A model generated the notes under the pieces. That model saw nothing but the letters and a program-made list of their open reading frames with translations, had not been told where the DNA came from and searched no databases. Made by a program: the position numbers and the translations under genes. Below are positions 12,417-26,400 of a DNA stretch of 64,000 nt, piece after piece; positions within the stretch are counted from its first letter, which is position 1; each line of letters starts with the position of its first letter. The stretch is from assembly GCA_043228905.1 (NCBI GenBank), contig JBHGNT010000009.1, positions 19,840,001 through 19,904,000 of the forward strand, written 5' to 3'. This DNA is from Azolla caroliniana. Its lineage: Eukaryota; Plantae; Polypodiophyta.

Positions 12417-15400
12417 ATGGAAGGGGAAGGAGGGTGTTTAGAATTACCCCTCAATGATCATCAGGATAGGGATGACGCTATCAGGACACAACAAGCGATA
12501 CGAAAGTATTGGGCAGAATAAAAAAGAAAACATCGTCAATTGTTGAAGGATACGAAAGTCACACTCACTAAAGGTAAAGATAGTATTGGTTGCGATATAG
12601 GTGTAAATATCACTGAGAATGGAAGTAATGAGACTACTATCATAGAGAGAAAGGTTGTAGACTATTTCAATGTTCAAACCAATCACATCAATAATGAAGA
12701 CAAGAAGGTAATACTTTATAGAATATTAAATGATCCATCGATAAAGGAGTTAGTTGATTGTGATGGTCTTAATGCAAACATAACATCTGTACTAGTAAAT
12801 AATCTCCGTAATAGTTTCGTATCCATGAGTAGGTTAGAAGATGATCTTGTCTTAAAAAGGTCTAGTCTAATGATATTACTTAATAGTGATGTTGACGATA
12901 TTAACATTAGTGTGCTATCTAAGGTAATTGGTGTTAGTACAAAAAGTGTGTACAATACATTGAACCGAATAGTTTCCTTGAGTGAAGGAACTAGTCTGCT
13001 AAAGCTAACAACAAGATGTAAGCCAATGACACCCATAATATCAAAAATCAAGGATATAATCACAATATTTTGGACTAATGAGAGTAAGGTTTCACCCAAT
13101 AAGAAGGCTTTATGCAAGAAACGTGTTGGAAGGAGTCAATACGAGGAGCATCCCATTCATCTTCTTGATGTACCTCAAGTATTTACATTTATCTCAACAT
13201 TTGTTTTGACTTTTGAGCTTAGTTAGTTAGCTTATTAGCTACCTCTGAATATGACCATACCCGAATAGCTAATTACCTACCTCAGAATATGACAATAGCT
13301 AACTAACTACCAGTAATAGCTAGTTAGCTCCCTAAGAATATTGAACATAGCTATTTAGCTACCAAAATAACTAATTAGCTACCATTCATAGCTATTTAGC
13401 TACCACAATAGCTAATTAGCTGCTTATGACTATAGCTAAATAGCTACCAAAATTGCTAATCCCCTACTGGAATAGCTACTATACTAAACTATGGTAGTAG
13501 CTAATTAGTTATTGTACTAAACTATGGTAGTAGCTAATTAGCTACCATTTAGCTAATTAGCTACTGTATTAAACTATGGTAGTAGCTAATTAGCTACCAC
13601 TTAACTAATTAGCTACTCAACTAAAGTATGGTAGTAGCTAATTAGCTGCCACTTAGCTAATTAGCTACTCAGCTGAAGTGTGGTAGTAGCTAATTAGCTA
13701 CCAGTTAGCTAATTAACGACTCAGCTAAAGTATGGTAGTAGCTAATTAGCCACTATAACTAAAGTATGGTAGTAGCTAATTAGCCACTATAATAAATAAA
13801 GTATGGTAGTAGCTAATTAGCTACCACTTAGCTAATTAGCTACTCAGCTAAAGTATGGTAGTAGCTAATTAGGAACTCAGCTAAAGTATTGTACTAGCTA
13901 ATTAGTCATTATAACTAAAGTATGGTAGTAGCTATTTAGCTACCACTTAACTAATTAGCTACTATACTAAACTATGGTAGTAGCTAATTTAACTACCAAA
14001 TAGCTAATTAGCTACTATACTAAACTATGGTAGTAGCTAATTAGCTACTTAGCTAAAGTATGGTAGTAGCTAATTAGCTACTCAGCTAAAGTATGGTAGT
14101 AGCTAATTAGCTACCACTTAGCTAATTAACTAATGTACTAAACTATGGTTGTAGCTAATTAGTTACTGTACTAAACTATTTAGTTACCACTTAGCTAATT
14201 ACCTATTGTACTAAACCATGGTAGTAGCTAATTAGCTACAATTTAGCTAATTAGTTGTTGTATTAAACTATGGTAATTGCTAATTAGCTACCACTTAGCT
14301 AATTAGCTACTATACTAAAGTATGGTAGTAGCTAATTAGCTACCACTTAGCTTATTAGCTATTGTACTAAACTATTTACCTACCACTTAGCTAATTACCT
14401 ACTCAACTAAAGTTTGGTAGTAGCTAATTAGCTACCATTTAGCTAATTAGTTATTGTACTAAACTATTTAGCTACCACTTAGCTAATTAGCTACTCAAAC
14501 TAAAGTATGGTAGTAGCTTATTAGCTACCACTTAGACAAGAGAACTATTGTACTAAACTATGGTAGTAGCTAATTATCTACCACTTAGCTAATTAACTAC
14601 TGTATTAAATTATGGTAGTAGCTAATTAGCTACTGAATTAAACTATGGTAGTAGCTAAATAGCTACTCAGCTAAAGTATGGTAGTAGCTAATTAGCTACC
14701 ACTTAGCTAATTAGCTATTGTATTAAACTATGGTAGTAGCTAATTAGCTGCCACTTAGCCATAGAGCTAATCAGTATGTCCATTTTATTACGCAGGTCGA
14801 TTTATTTATTAGGTTCAGGCGAATGCATCCAAATATCAAAGTTCAACTATGAACATTCAAGTCTCTTAAGCCACACTTTGTGAGACGGTTGAAGGAATGA
14901 TACACATGTTGTTGCATTTACCATGTACAAATGAGTTTTCTCAAGGACTCTGTTAATCTACTACGTCACCATAGCGCCTCCCTACCAAATGCAGTTTGCA
15001 CTTGTGCATGCCCAATTTATCGATCGAGCCCGCATGAGCATTGTAAATCATCCGAGCATGTTATCTCTTCCATGAGTTGTCTTTTAGATTCAGTATTGTG
15101 TCTGAGAGAAACTGAGGCCATCTTCCACAGTCATAAATGTGTCAAGGGTTTATGTCAAGATTGTGGCCCTAGTAGATTTAGGTGGTGTCCAAATGAATTG
15201 AGTAGTGAAATATTAATCTCTGTCAAGTTATTTGAGGCAATTGACACCAATTTCGAAGGAAAGGTGTGTAAAAGAAAGGATCTAGTTAGGAAGTTGCTTA
15301 AACCAAGGGATTTGGCGTCTCTATTTGTAGTATCTCTAGGAAATTTCATTAAACACAACGTCATTTATTCATGGCAAGCCCATCAATTTAAGACTTACAT

Positions 15401-16639
15401 ATCTGATTTTCCAAATGATGTAGTGGTCTCAATAGTAGATTTCGTAGAGAATTATACTTTCAAGCAACAGAATGAAATTCAATCTATGCATTGGTGTTCA
15501 GTGCAGGTAACCATTTTTGTGCACATAACATATTTTCGAGTTTGAGGTGATGTTAAAAAAGTAATTCATTTTTTTATTTTTGATGATAAGAAGCATGATA
15601 CCTTGTTCATCCAACATTGTTTTAACTTACATTGGCAATGGTTATTAGCTAAACGTGTGGAGCTTACTCAACATTGGGTCGGGTCTGATGGAGTTGCGTC
15701 ACAATTCAAGGCTAGACGTCCATTTTATTTTGTGGGGAGGTATCCTGCTATAACAGGTTTGGAGATGAGATGGATTTTTTTTTGGTCTAGCCATGGTAAA
15801 GGTGAACATGATGGTGCAGGTGCTGTTATAAAGTGGGCACTTACCCATGAACAACTAAAGGCAGATGGTGTGCAGATGAATTGTGCAGCACATGTAGTTG
15901 AATTTTTAAGAGCTAATATGTCAACGAGTGCAACTTGTGTTTATTCCTCGTAGGTTCGAGATATCAAACGTGAATTTTGGGAAGTTAAAATAGATGAAGT
16001 AAATAGGGAGAAGACCTGGGAGTGCCAAGGAATTCCCGAATTGCGATATCTCCATGGTGTTCCCAGTTATTCTAGGTTGGATGGTCATTGTATTGCGGTT
16101 AGATAATTAACTTTTTTTTGCTTCCATTGTGTGTAGGGAAATTGGAGGTATTGTTTAAACAAAGCATATATTCAGAATTGGGAGTATCATACATTGAACG
16201 ATAAGGAAGCAGTTGATGGAGAAACAGAAAAGAATGCTGACTTCACATATCAAGGACGTGGAGATACTCTGAGTGATGTCTTAAATGTTGGGGATAATTT
16301 CGTTGTAAATGCAGAAGAAGGCAATTCAGAGGGTGTTGATTTATACATATATTGAAGTGCACGGTTAGTAAACAGTGTGAAATGCAGAATATATTAGATG
16401 CTTGGGGAAATGTTGTATCTACCGGGACATTCTACATCGAAGGTATTTTTTATGCAAGACTAGATGATTACGATTATGTGTATAGGCTATTAGAAGACAA
16501 ACCAGTGGCGTACATGTACTCTCATTTGGTCAAGTGAATCAATGTCCCAATGTCGCAATACAATAGCTGCTCAAGTTTATACACAGTTAATGCTAATGTG
16601 TATGAATGTATTTACAACAGTATGCCATGGAATTTGTAG
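12417..16639 (+). pseudogene. Sola2-like transposase, two exons (12417-13178, 14796-16639), inactivated by stops and frameshifts
   Basis: In-frame GT-AG intron 13179-14795. Motifs F..LKP.FV, TCCCIYH, DFVENY..QNEIQSMHW..QVTI, DDKKHD, SDGVASQFK, SHGKGEHDGAG..IK. Stops look like CGA>TGA and CAA/CAG>TAA/TAG. Confidence 0.8.
13215..14772. repeat. Palindromic minisatellite (GTAGCTAATTAGCTAC core; 19- and 33-bp sub-units) filling the transposase intron
   Basis: Directly visible; roughly 60 core copies (estimate). Confidence 0.95.
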
Positions 16640-19600
16640 CTACAAGTAGCAATTACCAGTTTTCTTATAAAACAAACAAAGCACATGTATTGCAAATAAA
16701 CAATTTAATGGACCTGTTTGGAAGTTTTCTTTTTATATACAGTCTACTTTTTGTGCTTCTTTCTCAACAAAATTGTGTCTTTTTTATATACAATCTTCTT
16801 TCTGATATATAGTTTAATAATATCGTGTAGGGTTCTTCTTTCTGAGATACAGATTTACTCAAGTGAACCATGTACAAGTTTAAATAGTTTGCATAATTTT
16901 AAGAAAAAGCACTATCATGAAATCAACAATCTTGAACATACTCTTAAAATTACACAATAGATAAGTTACTCAAAACAAGCAATTTATTTCTTCATTGATT
17001 AAGTGGTAGCAAATTACATATTTATAATATCCCATTGCCAATGTCTTCAAATCGCCTATAAATAGCTAAGCTCTTGCTGGTCAGTGGAACTTCTCTACAT
17101 ATATGATCTGCATACCGAGCTCGATATGGAGTCCACAACCATGTAGCTAGTTGGCAACTCAATGTTTTGACCAAATAGTGTTCAGGCATTTCATCGGGTA
17201 GAATGAGACAACATCTGCGAATGTTGAAGTAATGTCGGAAATGTTTTGTATCTAGAATCAACATATTGTCGGCATTATAATCTGGCCAAGTGACCCAAAA
17301 ATCAAAAAGTCTTTTGAATCTTGCAACATCCTTCTGCTCACAATTCTCTCGTGTCCACTGACCCTTGAAATGTTGTCGCCACTTCAGGAAGAATCTTTCT
17401 ACACACTTCCACACATCTGTACATGGTTTTTCGCTCCAAATAAACAAATCAAAGTATTGCACAACCCACTCCAGAAATTGATTTGCATCCCTCCTTGGTG
17501 TCATATATCGCACACTCATCAAGACTTTATCAAGCTTCAAGATCAAGGTTCTTCTTTCGACTTCTAATGGTTTAGGTTTCCATTCCTGTAACTGAGCCTC
17601 TGTTACACCAATTATTGGTAGCACACGATCAATTTCAATCAATTCAGGTTCTGTCGGCACAATTGGTGTCCTTTTCCTCTCCAAACCCCTGGTCGACTGT
17701 GTTGAGCCTGGCTTCACATTCTGGTGCTCTTGTGTTGTCGACTTAGTCATTGGCTCGATGCATGTAAATACTGATCTGGTCAATATCAGCCTACTGGTAT
17801 CACATGCTGCATCTACCTGCAAAATCAGATCATTTGTGCAACATGCTTGATCAACTTGCGTGACCAGGTCATTTGTGTCAATTGCTACCTCTACTTTCAA
17901 GATGTGGCCCTCTAAACACGCAGCAACATCAACGGTTTCCACACTGCCATCGGCCTTAGGAGCAATAGATTCAAACCCTTTAGACTCTACAACATCAGAA
18001 AACACCAGCATATTCACACTCACAAAGTAACTAACAGTCTCACAAAACAACATAATGAACATGAAATATTTTCCATCATAGAACAACATGAACATAATTA
18101 TCTTCGAGAAACATCATAGAGTTCCATTACATAATGTGAATCAAGCAACAACCAATCTGAGGTTTTACTTGTCCAAATAGATCATAGTAAAACTTTATAA
18201 AACCCTAGGAAAATCGCTAACAATCATATCCCACTAGTAAGTATTTCGCTCTAATTCAAGAGCCCCTTGACAGAGTAACTGGTCTTGTCCCCAATCGTGG
18301 CCCCTTCTTCAGCCTTTTTCTTGCCGGTTGCCCATTTAGCCTTGCTTCTTTGACCCATTGCGCAAGTGTATCCTCCTCTGACCCTTTCCATCACCTCAAC
18401 AACGCCTTGCACGTCAGCCGCGTCTTGCACTAGCTTTTCCAGTATAGTGGGATATGTTTGGACATTATCAGTAGTTGAGCTCAATGGGATGGAATCAAGG
18501 TTTTGGGATTTGAAGAAATGTTGCATCAAGTGTTCAAAAACACTATTGTTGTGAACCTCAGATTTACATGTTGTTTCCAATATTTCATGGCTTTTCACAT
18601 CGTTGCCTAATTCATTACCATCTTCCAAAAGAATAGGGTGGAGCTGACGGGAACTCAACGCTCCGTATCCTCAACGCTCGGCCACAACCGAGCTTAGAAT
18701 CATACACAGAAAACGGGAAATAAATGTTCGACACAGAAAAGAGAAGAGTACACAGGATGTTTACGTGGAAAACCCAAAGAGGGAAAAACCACGGCAGCCC
18801 ACAGGCTGCAAACTATCACTATGTTAGAATGTACAACAGTGAGTTCACGGAGGCAACGACCTCGTGCTCACGATCTTCGTCACAGGCGGCGGTTACAACA
18901 GAGGCAACGACCTCTTTCTCTCTCTCTCTCTCTGTACACAGTTACGCGTTGTCTCTCTCATTGCACCAACAAGAATGACAACAACTACATAAAAGTTTGC
19001 CCTAAGTCATATTTATACTAATATGACTTTTCGGCTATTTACAAATATAGCCACGATGGACTCTCAGAAAACATATTTACAAATATGTCTCTTCATCCGA
19101 AGAGCGCTCCTCACCGGGCCGGCATCATCCGGATCTTGCCGGGCACTCGTCATCCGGTTCTCACCGGGTCTGCACCATCCGGCTCTCCGTAGCCGGGTAC
19201 TCCTCATCCGGTTTCGACCGAGGAGTTTGTTCATCAGCATTGTTCTTCTCCCTTACCATCCGGAGGGACCTGTCTCCCAACAAACTCCCCCTTCACTCCG
19301 GCATGGGGTGTCTTACTAGTCCGATCCTCTTCCGGCATGCATCCAGCTTGTCGGGTATCAGAACTTTGGTCAGCATATCTGACCTGTTCTCGGCCGTGTG
19401 GATCTTCGTCAGTGCGAACTCCTGGTCATCTACTCTTTCCCGGATCCAGTGATATCTTCACTGGATATGCTTCGTCCGGGAATGGTAGGCCGCATTCCTA
19501 GCAAGATGGATGGCACTCTGACTGTCGCAATAGAGCCGGTATTCATCTTGCCGGATACTGAGCTCTCCGATGAAGTTCTTCATCCATAAGATTTCCTTGT

Positions 19601-19844
19601 CGGCTTCCTCAACTGCCATGTACTCCGCCTCCGTGGTTGACAATGCAACTGTCTTCTGCAGCTTCGACTGCCACGAAACAGCTCCCCCTACATATGTCAT
19701 TACATACCCTCATGTAGACTGGCTGGTGTCCACATCAGCCGACATGTCTGAATCGGTAAAACCGTCAAGTTGAGGTTTTCCGGAGCCGAATCGGAGACAC
19801 ATATTTGAGGTGCCCTTCAAGTACCAGAGTATCCATTTGACCGC

Positions 19845-20637
19845 TGTCGAGATATTACGCAAGTGCGTGTGGAAACGAGGCGGGACCGCGGGGGTCTCGA
19901 ACCAAAGAGCAAGCGAGGGAGGAGAAAGAGAGAGAACCGGCTACGCAGGACCGGGGATACACAGGGACACGGCCCTTAAGCACGGAGAACGCGAACAGAC
20001 ACCGACACAGACAGATGCGAATGACTAAATATGTATATTAACAAAAATGGCTAACACGACTACAACCCTCGATGGGGCACAGGTTGGCTACAACCGAACA
20101 GGCCGGCGAACAGATGCCGATGCTTGTTCGCTTCGACGCACAAAGGGGTAGCAGGTCGGAGGTGCTGCCGGAAGCACTCGGGCGTTCCTCGAAACAGCGC
20201 GAGCCTCCTCGGAACCCTGCACAGAAAAGCTATGGAGCTCAAGAAGGAAGGAAACAGAGAGAGAAGCGTCCAGAAACGGTCCGACAGCACTTCGTCCTCT
20301 CTGCGCGAGATGCCTGCAACAGCTCTTTCCTGCTCCTTATATAGGCCGACGAGCAGGCCGTCATGTCAGCTTTATTCCCTGTCCCTTTTTGACAGGGATC
20401 CGCTCCGTTCTTCACGCATCCGCGTAGTTACGCCGCCGACTCGTACAGTTCCTTAGCTCACGCGCGCGACCGAAAAGACTGTTCGCGCGGTCTTTGTCTC
20501 CACTTGTGTTAGGGCCCGTTCCTGCCGATTATCCTCCTAATTCGCTTCTATGTACAACTTGGAGCGTGCGCGCGTGAAGAACCGGTTCCCACGCCTTGGT
20601 GCGCCGATTCCGCCTATGGACGGTTTTCTTCACGACA
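19845..20637. mobile_element. GC-rich non-coding TGTCG...CACGACA element (family C), 4-bp TSD
   Basis: TSD CCGC/CCGC; removing it restores copia HWNAVKWI; TATA-like CCTTATATAGG at about 20335. Confidence 0.85.
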
Positions 20638-23340
20638 CCGCGTTCCAGTGCTCCTTGCCGGGATTGCTCATAAACCGGCTCACCACTCCGACTGCGTATC
20701 CTATATCCGGTCGGGTACACACCATTGCGTACATCAAGCTCCCGACGGCAGAGGCATATGGAATCTTCATCATATCCGCCTTCTCTGCTTTCGTCTTCGG
20801 GCTTTGCTTACTGGATAGCCTGCAGTTTGCCGGAAGTGTCGATCCGACCGGTTTCACATCTGACATGTTGAACCGGTGAAGCACCTTTGTCACGTACTTC
20901 TCCTGTGACGGCCACAATTGCTTCGCTGACCGGTTCCAGATAATATGCATCCCCAACATCTGTCTTGCCGGACCCAAGTCTTTCATTGAGAAGGTCCGGT
21001 TGAGGGCCTTCTTCAACATCCGTATTTTGACTTGGTCCCGTCCAACGATCAACATGTCATCCACGTACAGAAGGAGTATCAGGAAGTCGCCTCCTTCGAA
21101 CTTCTTCACAAACACACAGTGATCGGCCTGTGTCTTGTGGTACCCTTGATCGGTCATGAAGGAGTCGAACTTCCGGTACCATTGTCGGGGAGCCTGCTTT
21201 AGTCCGTACAGGCTCTTCTTCAGCCGGCATACCAGCTGCTCCTTCCCTTTCTCCACAAATCCTTCCGGTTGCTGCATGTAGATCTCCTCTTCGAGGTCGC
21301 CGTGAAGGAATGTCGTCTTCACGTCCAGCTGTTCTACCTCGAGGTCCATGCTTGCCGCCATACTCAACACCATCCGGATGGAGGTTATCTTTACTACCGG
21401 GGCAAATATCTCGTCGAAGTCCACACCCTTCTTCTGCTCGAACCCCTTCACCACGATCCTGACTTTGTATCTCGGGGGGTTGCCGGCATCTCCCGGTTTC
21501 AACTTGTACACCCACTGGTTACAGAGTGCCCGCTTTCCTTTCGGCAACTCCACCAATTCGTACGTATGGTTCTCATGCAGGGAATCCATCTCATCCTGCA
21601 TGGCATTTAACCATTTGCGATTGTGGGTGTCATCCTTCGCTTTTTCGAAGCTTTCCGGCTCCCCCTCATCGGTCAGCAGAACATGCTCTGCATCCGGAAA
21701 TCTCCGAGGGGCCCTTCTCTCTCTGAGAGGATATCTCCGACTTCGGGCTTTGGTAACCGGCTCCTCCATTTGCTCTTCATCCGAATCCGATTCGGGGTCT
21801 TGGCCAATTCCGGTTTCAACTTCCTCTACTTCTTCTTCAGCCTGTTCGGTATCCTCACCGTAACCGGCTGGTTCCTCGAGTGCTAACCGGTCTCTTGCCA
21901 GTTGGGTCTGCTCATCGTAGAGTCGATCCTTACCGGTCGACTCGGAGTTCATTACCTTCTTCTCCGACTCCCAGTCGGCAAGCGTCTTGTCCTCCATGAA
22001 GTTAATATCTCGACTCTGGAATACCCTCTTGTCGACCGGGTCCCATACTCGGTAGCCGAACTCATCGTCACCGTAACCGAGGAATATGCATGGCCGGGTC
22101 TTTGGATCTAACTTTCCTCTCCGGTCCTTAGCTACATGCACGTACGCGAGACACCCGAACAGCTTCAGATGCCGGTAGGACACTTCCTTATTGGTCCAAA
22201 CTCTCTGTGGCGTGTCTCCGTCCAAGGGTACTGAGGGTGATATGTTTATCACATATGTCGCCGTCGATAATGCCTTAGCCCAAAACTTCTTGGGTAGTTT
22301 TGCATGCGCCAGCATACTCCGGACCCTCTCCATTATGGTCCGGTTCATCCTCTCGGCCAGCCTGTTTAGTTTCGGCGTCTTCGGCACGGTAAATTCGAGC
22401 CAGATTCCCTTCGAGCGGCAGTACTCCTCGAACTGCCCCCGGTATTCTCCTCCGTTATCTGCTCAAACCGCCTTCAGCTTCCGGCCGGTTTCTCTTTCCA
22501 CTCTCGCGTGGAGCTCTTTGAAGACGGATAGCACCTGATCCTTTGTCTTCAACGGTGTGGCCCACAGCTTCCGGCTATGGTCATCTATGAACGTCATGAA
22601 GTACTGCGCTCCGGCATGTGACTTCGTGTCCACTTGACACACATCCGTATGCACCAACTCCAGTGGTGCATTACGTCTCATCGGTGGCCTTGGTCGGAAG
22701 GAGGTCCGGTTTTGCTTACCGGCCAGACAATCAGTGCACTTCTCCAAGTGCATGTTCTTCACTGGAATGAGGTTGTCGTCTGCAAGCCTCTTCATCCCCT
22801 TCTCGCTCATATGACACAGCCTCTTGTGCCACAGCTCACTGGCAGTGTCGGATGCCACGTTCACTTCTTCCGGACATAACCTGGCATTCATCAGGTACAG
22901 TGTGTTGACCTTTCGGGCCCAAGCCACAATCAGGCTCCCTTTGCTGAACTTCATGACACCGTTCCGGATGCTACCCGTGTAGCCTTCATCATCCAGCCGA
23001 CCGGTTGATATCAGGTTCAGTCGAACCTTTGGAACGTATCGGACATCCTTCAGCAGCAACTTGCATCCGGTTGGTGTTGTCAGCCACACGTCTCCTATGC
23101 CGACAATTCGGCATGTACCTTCATTCCCCATCCGGACACAGCCGTGATCACCGGCTGAGTAGGATGAGAAGCATTTTCGGTCCGGGGTAAGGTGGAACGA
23201 CGCTCCGGAGTCTACCACCCAGGTCGTCTCGTCGCCGACAAGGTTTATCTCACTCTCCTCGGTGATGAGCATCAACTCTTCTTCACTTGCCGCGATTGTC
23301 GTCGTTCCCTTCCGGTCTGGCCCCCTCCGGTCTTTACCAT

Positions 23341-23975
23341 TGTCGTAGTGTATTTCGTACACTACGTGAAAAAGTAAAAATAATATAACCGATATAATTA
23401 CATATAAATAAATAAAATAAGAATATCAAAATATTTATCACGTGCATAAGGCAAGATTCGACCCCTGTACCTTCACGTAGCCAAACCTCAACTTTACCAT
23501 TGTGCTACCTTATCTTTAGTGTTCTACAAATAGATTTAATAACTATAACTGCTTTATTTGCGCCTACCTTTATTAAAAGGTAAATCATGCATTTTTAGAG
23601 TGCGTGAATATTTTATAGAAAAACGCAAGCAACTAAAAAGTGACTCATGCACATCTAGCACTATATTTAGCAAATAAAAGCAAGGATTAGAAAAGCATCA
23701 CATGCACATTTAGTGCGCATGAACATATTAGAAAAAAAAGCATGTAGTTATGCTTAGTCTCTCCCATCACTACATAAGGATGGGGAGCACAATGTATTAG
23801 GGGTGTGAAATATTTGGAAATTGGATATATTTCCGAAAACACCAACCGATTAATATAATCGTGGGATTCACGAAAATAATATAATCTATACTTGTGGGAT
23901 TCACAAGTTTCTTATCCAAAACCTCAGTGGTTCCCACCTGACTCACGCAACGATCCGGTGCCGAAAGGCACGACA
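23341..23975. mobile_element. Family A element (reverse orientation), 635 bp
   Basis: TGTCGTAGTG...GGCACGACA; TSD CCAT/CCAT; tRNA-like module at 23440-23513 (-). Confidence 0.9.
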
Positions 23976-25579
23976 CCATTCCGGTCCGGGGTCCGCTTCG
24001 AATCGGTATCGTCGGTTTCCTTGTCTTTTCGGAAATGCCGACGTTCTTTTGGAAGTGTCCCGACTTGCCACAATAGAAGCAAGTAGGCCTCCCCCTTGAC
24101 TTTGATCGTGTCCCCGACTTCTCCCGGTTCTAGGGACTACGGTTTCTATGTCTTCCGCGTTCTGATTCAGTAAGGAGCGCTTTGGAGTCGGAGCTTGTAT
24201 CTTTATCCTTCCGACGCGCCTCCTCATCTAGCAAGCTCGACTTTACTCTTGCTAGGGATAACCATTTTCCTTCCGGCCCGGCGTTGCCCAAAGTGACAAC
24301 CAACGTCTCCCAGCTATCCGGGAGGGAACCGAGCAGGAGTAGCGCTAGTACGTCATCGGCAAGAGGTACTTCCAATGAAGTTGCCTGGTGAATCAGCCCC
24401 TAGAAGGCATTCATGTGCTCCGCCATGCTGGAGCCATCTTGGTACCGGAGTCTTACTAGCTTCCGGAATACCGAAACCTGATTGACAACATTTTTGTTTT
24501 GAAACATTATGCCGATCTTCTCCCAGAGCTCATGAGCCTTGCTCTCTTCATTGAAGTTGTTGTACAGGCTCATGTCGATGAAGCACCGTATGTACGCCGT
24601 TGTCTTCATTTGCATCACCTCCCATATCGCGGCGTTGATTTTGTCCGGTCTCTTGTCCCCGAACTGAACCGGCAGCCAGAGGTCTTTAACCACGAGCATG
24701 TCCCTCATCTTCGACTTCCACACTGAATAGTTGGAGCCGGTGAGCTTGAACATGCCGCCAAACGATTCGTCCATTTTCTGTGTCGTTTCGCTCTGATACC
24801 ACTTGACGGGAACTCAACGCTCCTTATCCGCAACGCTCGGCCACAACCGAGCTTAGAATCATACATAGAAAACGGGAAATAAATGTTCGACACAGAAAAG
24901 AGAAAAGTACACAGGATGTTTACGTGGAAAACCCAAAGAGGGAAAAACCACGGTAGCCCACAGGCTGCAAACTATCACTATGTTAGAATGTACAACAGTG
25001 AGTTCACGGAGGCAACGACCTCGTGCTCACGATCTTCGTCACAGGCGGCGGTTACAACAGAGGCAACGACCTCTTTCTCTCTCTCTCTCTCTGTACACAG
25101 TTACGCGTTGTCTCTCTCCTTGCACCAACAAGAATGACAACAACTACATAAAAGTTTGCCCTAAGTCATATTTATAATAATATGACTTTTCGGCTATTTA
25201 CAAATATAGCCACGATGGACTCTCAGAAAACATATTTACAAATATGTCTCTTCATCCGAAGAGCGCTCCTCACCGGGCCGGCATCATCCGGATCTTGCCG
25301 GGCACTCGTCATCCGGTTCTCACCGGGTCTGCACCATCCGGCTCTCCGTAGCCGGGTACTCCTCATCCGGTTTTGGCCGAGGAGTTTGTTCATCAGCACT
25401 GTTCTTCTCCCTTAGCATCCAGAGGGACCTGACTCCCAACATGAGTTGATCTGAAGGAGATGTGATAGCAGGACTCTTACTTTCAGCCACGTTGGCAACT
25501 ATATCCTCATCGGTTGTAGCGTCATCAACACCAGACACCTCATGCGCCCTCCTTAATCCACAAGATTCTACAACAACAT

Positions 25580-26400
25580 GGTCGCTAATTAGCTACATCT
25601 TAGCTAACTAGCTATTCTTCTAGACTATGACAGTAGCTAATTAGCTACCACTGAGCTAATTAGCTACTTCGCTTAGGTATGGTACTAGCTAATTAGCTAC
25701 TCAACTAAAGTATGGTACTAGCTAATTAGCCACTATAACTAAAGTATGGTAGTGGCTAATTAGCTACCACTTAGCTAATTAGCTAATGTACTAAACTATG
25801 GTAGTAGCTAATTAACTACCACTTAGCTAATTATCTACTGTACTAAACTATGGTAGTAGCTAATTAGCTACCACTCAGCTAATTAGCTATTGTATTAAAC
25901 TATGGTAGTAGCTAATTAGCTACCACTTAGCTAATTAGCTACTGAGCTAACGTATGGTAGTAGCTAATTAGCTACTTAGTTAAAGTATGGTAGTAGCTAA
26001 TCATCTACCCCTTAGCTAATTAGCTATTGTACTAAACTATGGTAGTAGCTAATTAGCTACTAAGGTAAAGTGTTGTAGTAGCTAATTCGCTACCACTTAG
26101 CTAATTAGTTACTCAACTAAATTGTGGTAGTAGATAATTACCTATTGTATTCAACTATGGTAGTAGCTATTTAGCTACCACTTAGCTAATTAGCTACTGT
26201 ACTAAACTATGGTGGTAGCTAATTGGCTACCACTTAGCTAATTAGTTACTCAACTAAAGTATGGTAGTAGCTAATTAGCTACCACTTAGCTAATTAACTA
26301 CATGTTAGGTAATTAGCTACTACACTACAACCATAATAGCTAAATAGTTTCAACACTTTATACAACTTACCTAATTAGCAAAGATGGAACTAATTAGCTA
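25580..26400. repeat. Second palindromic GTAGCTAATTAGCTAC minisatellite, filling an intron of the accessory gene
   Basis: Same units as 13215-14772; lies between a minus-strand GT donor at 26427 and a TAG acceptor at 25568, with matching phase. Confidence 0.95.

Larger units (their letters stand above)
18645..25441 (-). mobile_element. Full-length Ty1/copia with 638-bp LTRs, interrupted by two insertions
   Basis: LTRs 18645-19282 and 24804-25441 nearly identical; reverse PBS GCTCTGATACCA at about 24790-24801; PPT next to 19283; gag from 24774; PR/INT 22463-23340; INT/RT 20638-22387 (LYVDDML); RH 19300-19840; imperfect TSD GGAGC/TGAGT. Confidence 0.95.

Noticed and set aside
13215-14772. CRISPR-like array
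   Set aside because: The intervening sequences are recurring variants rather than unique spacers; eukaryotic intron, no cas genes
20060-23377. Numerous overlapping and antisense ORFs
   Set aside because: Shadow frames of GC-rich copia pol or of non-coding insertions
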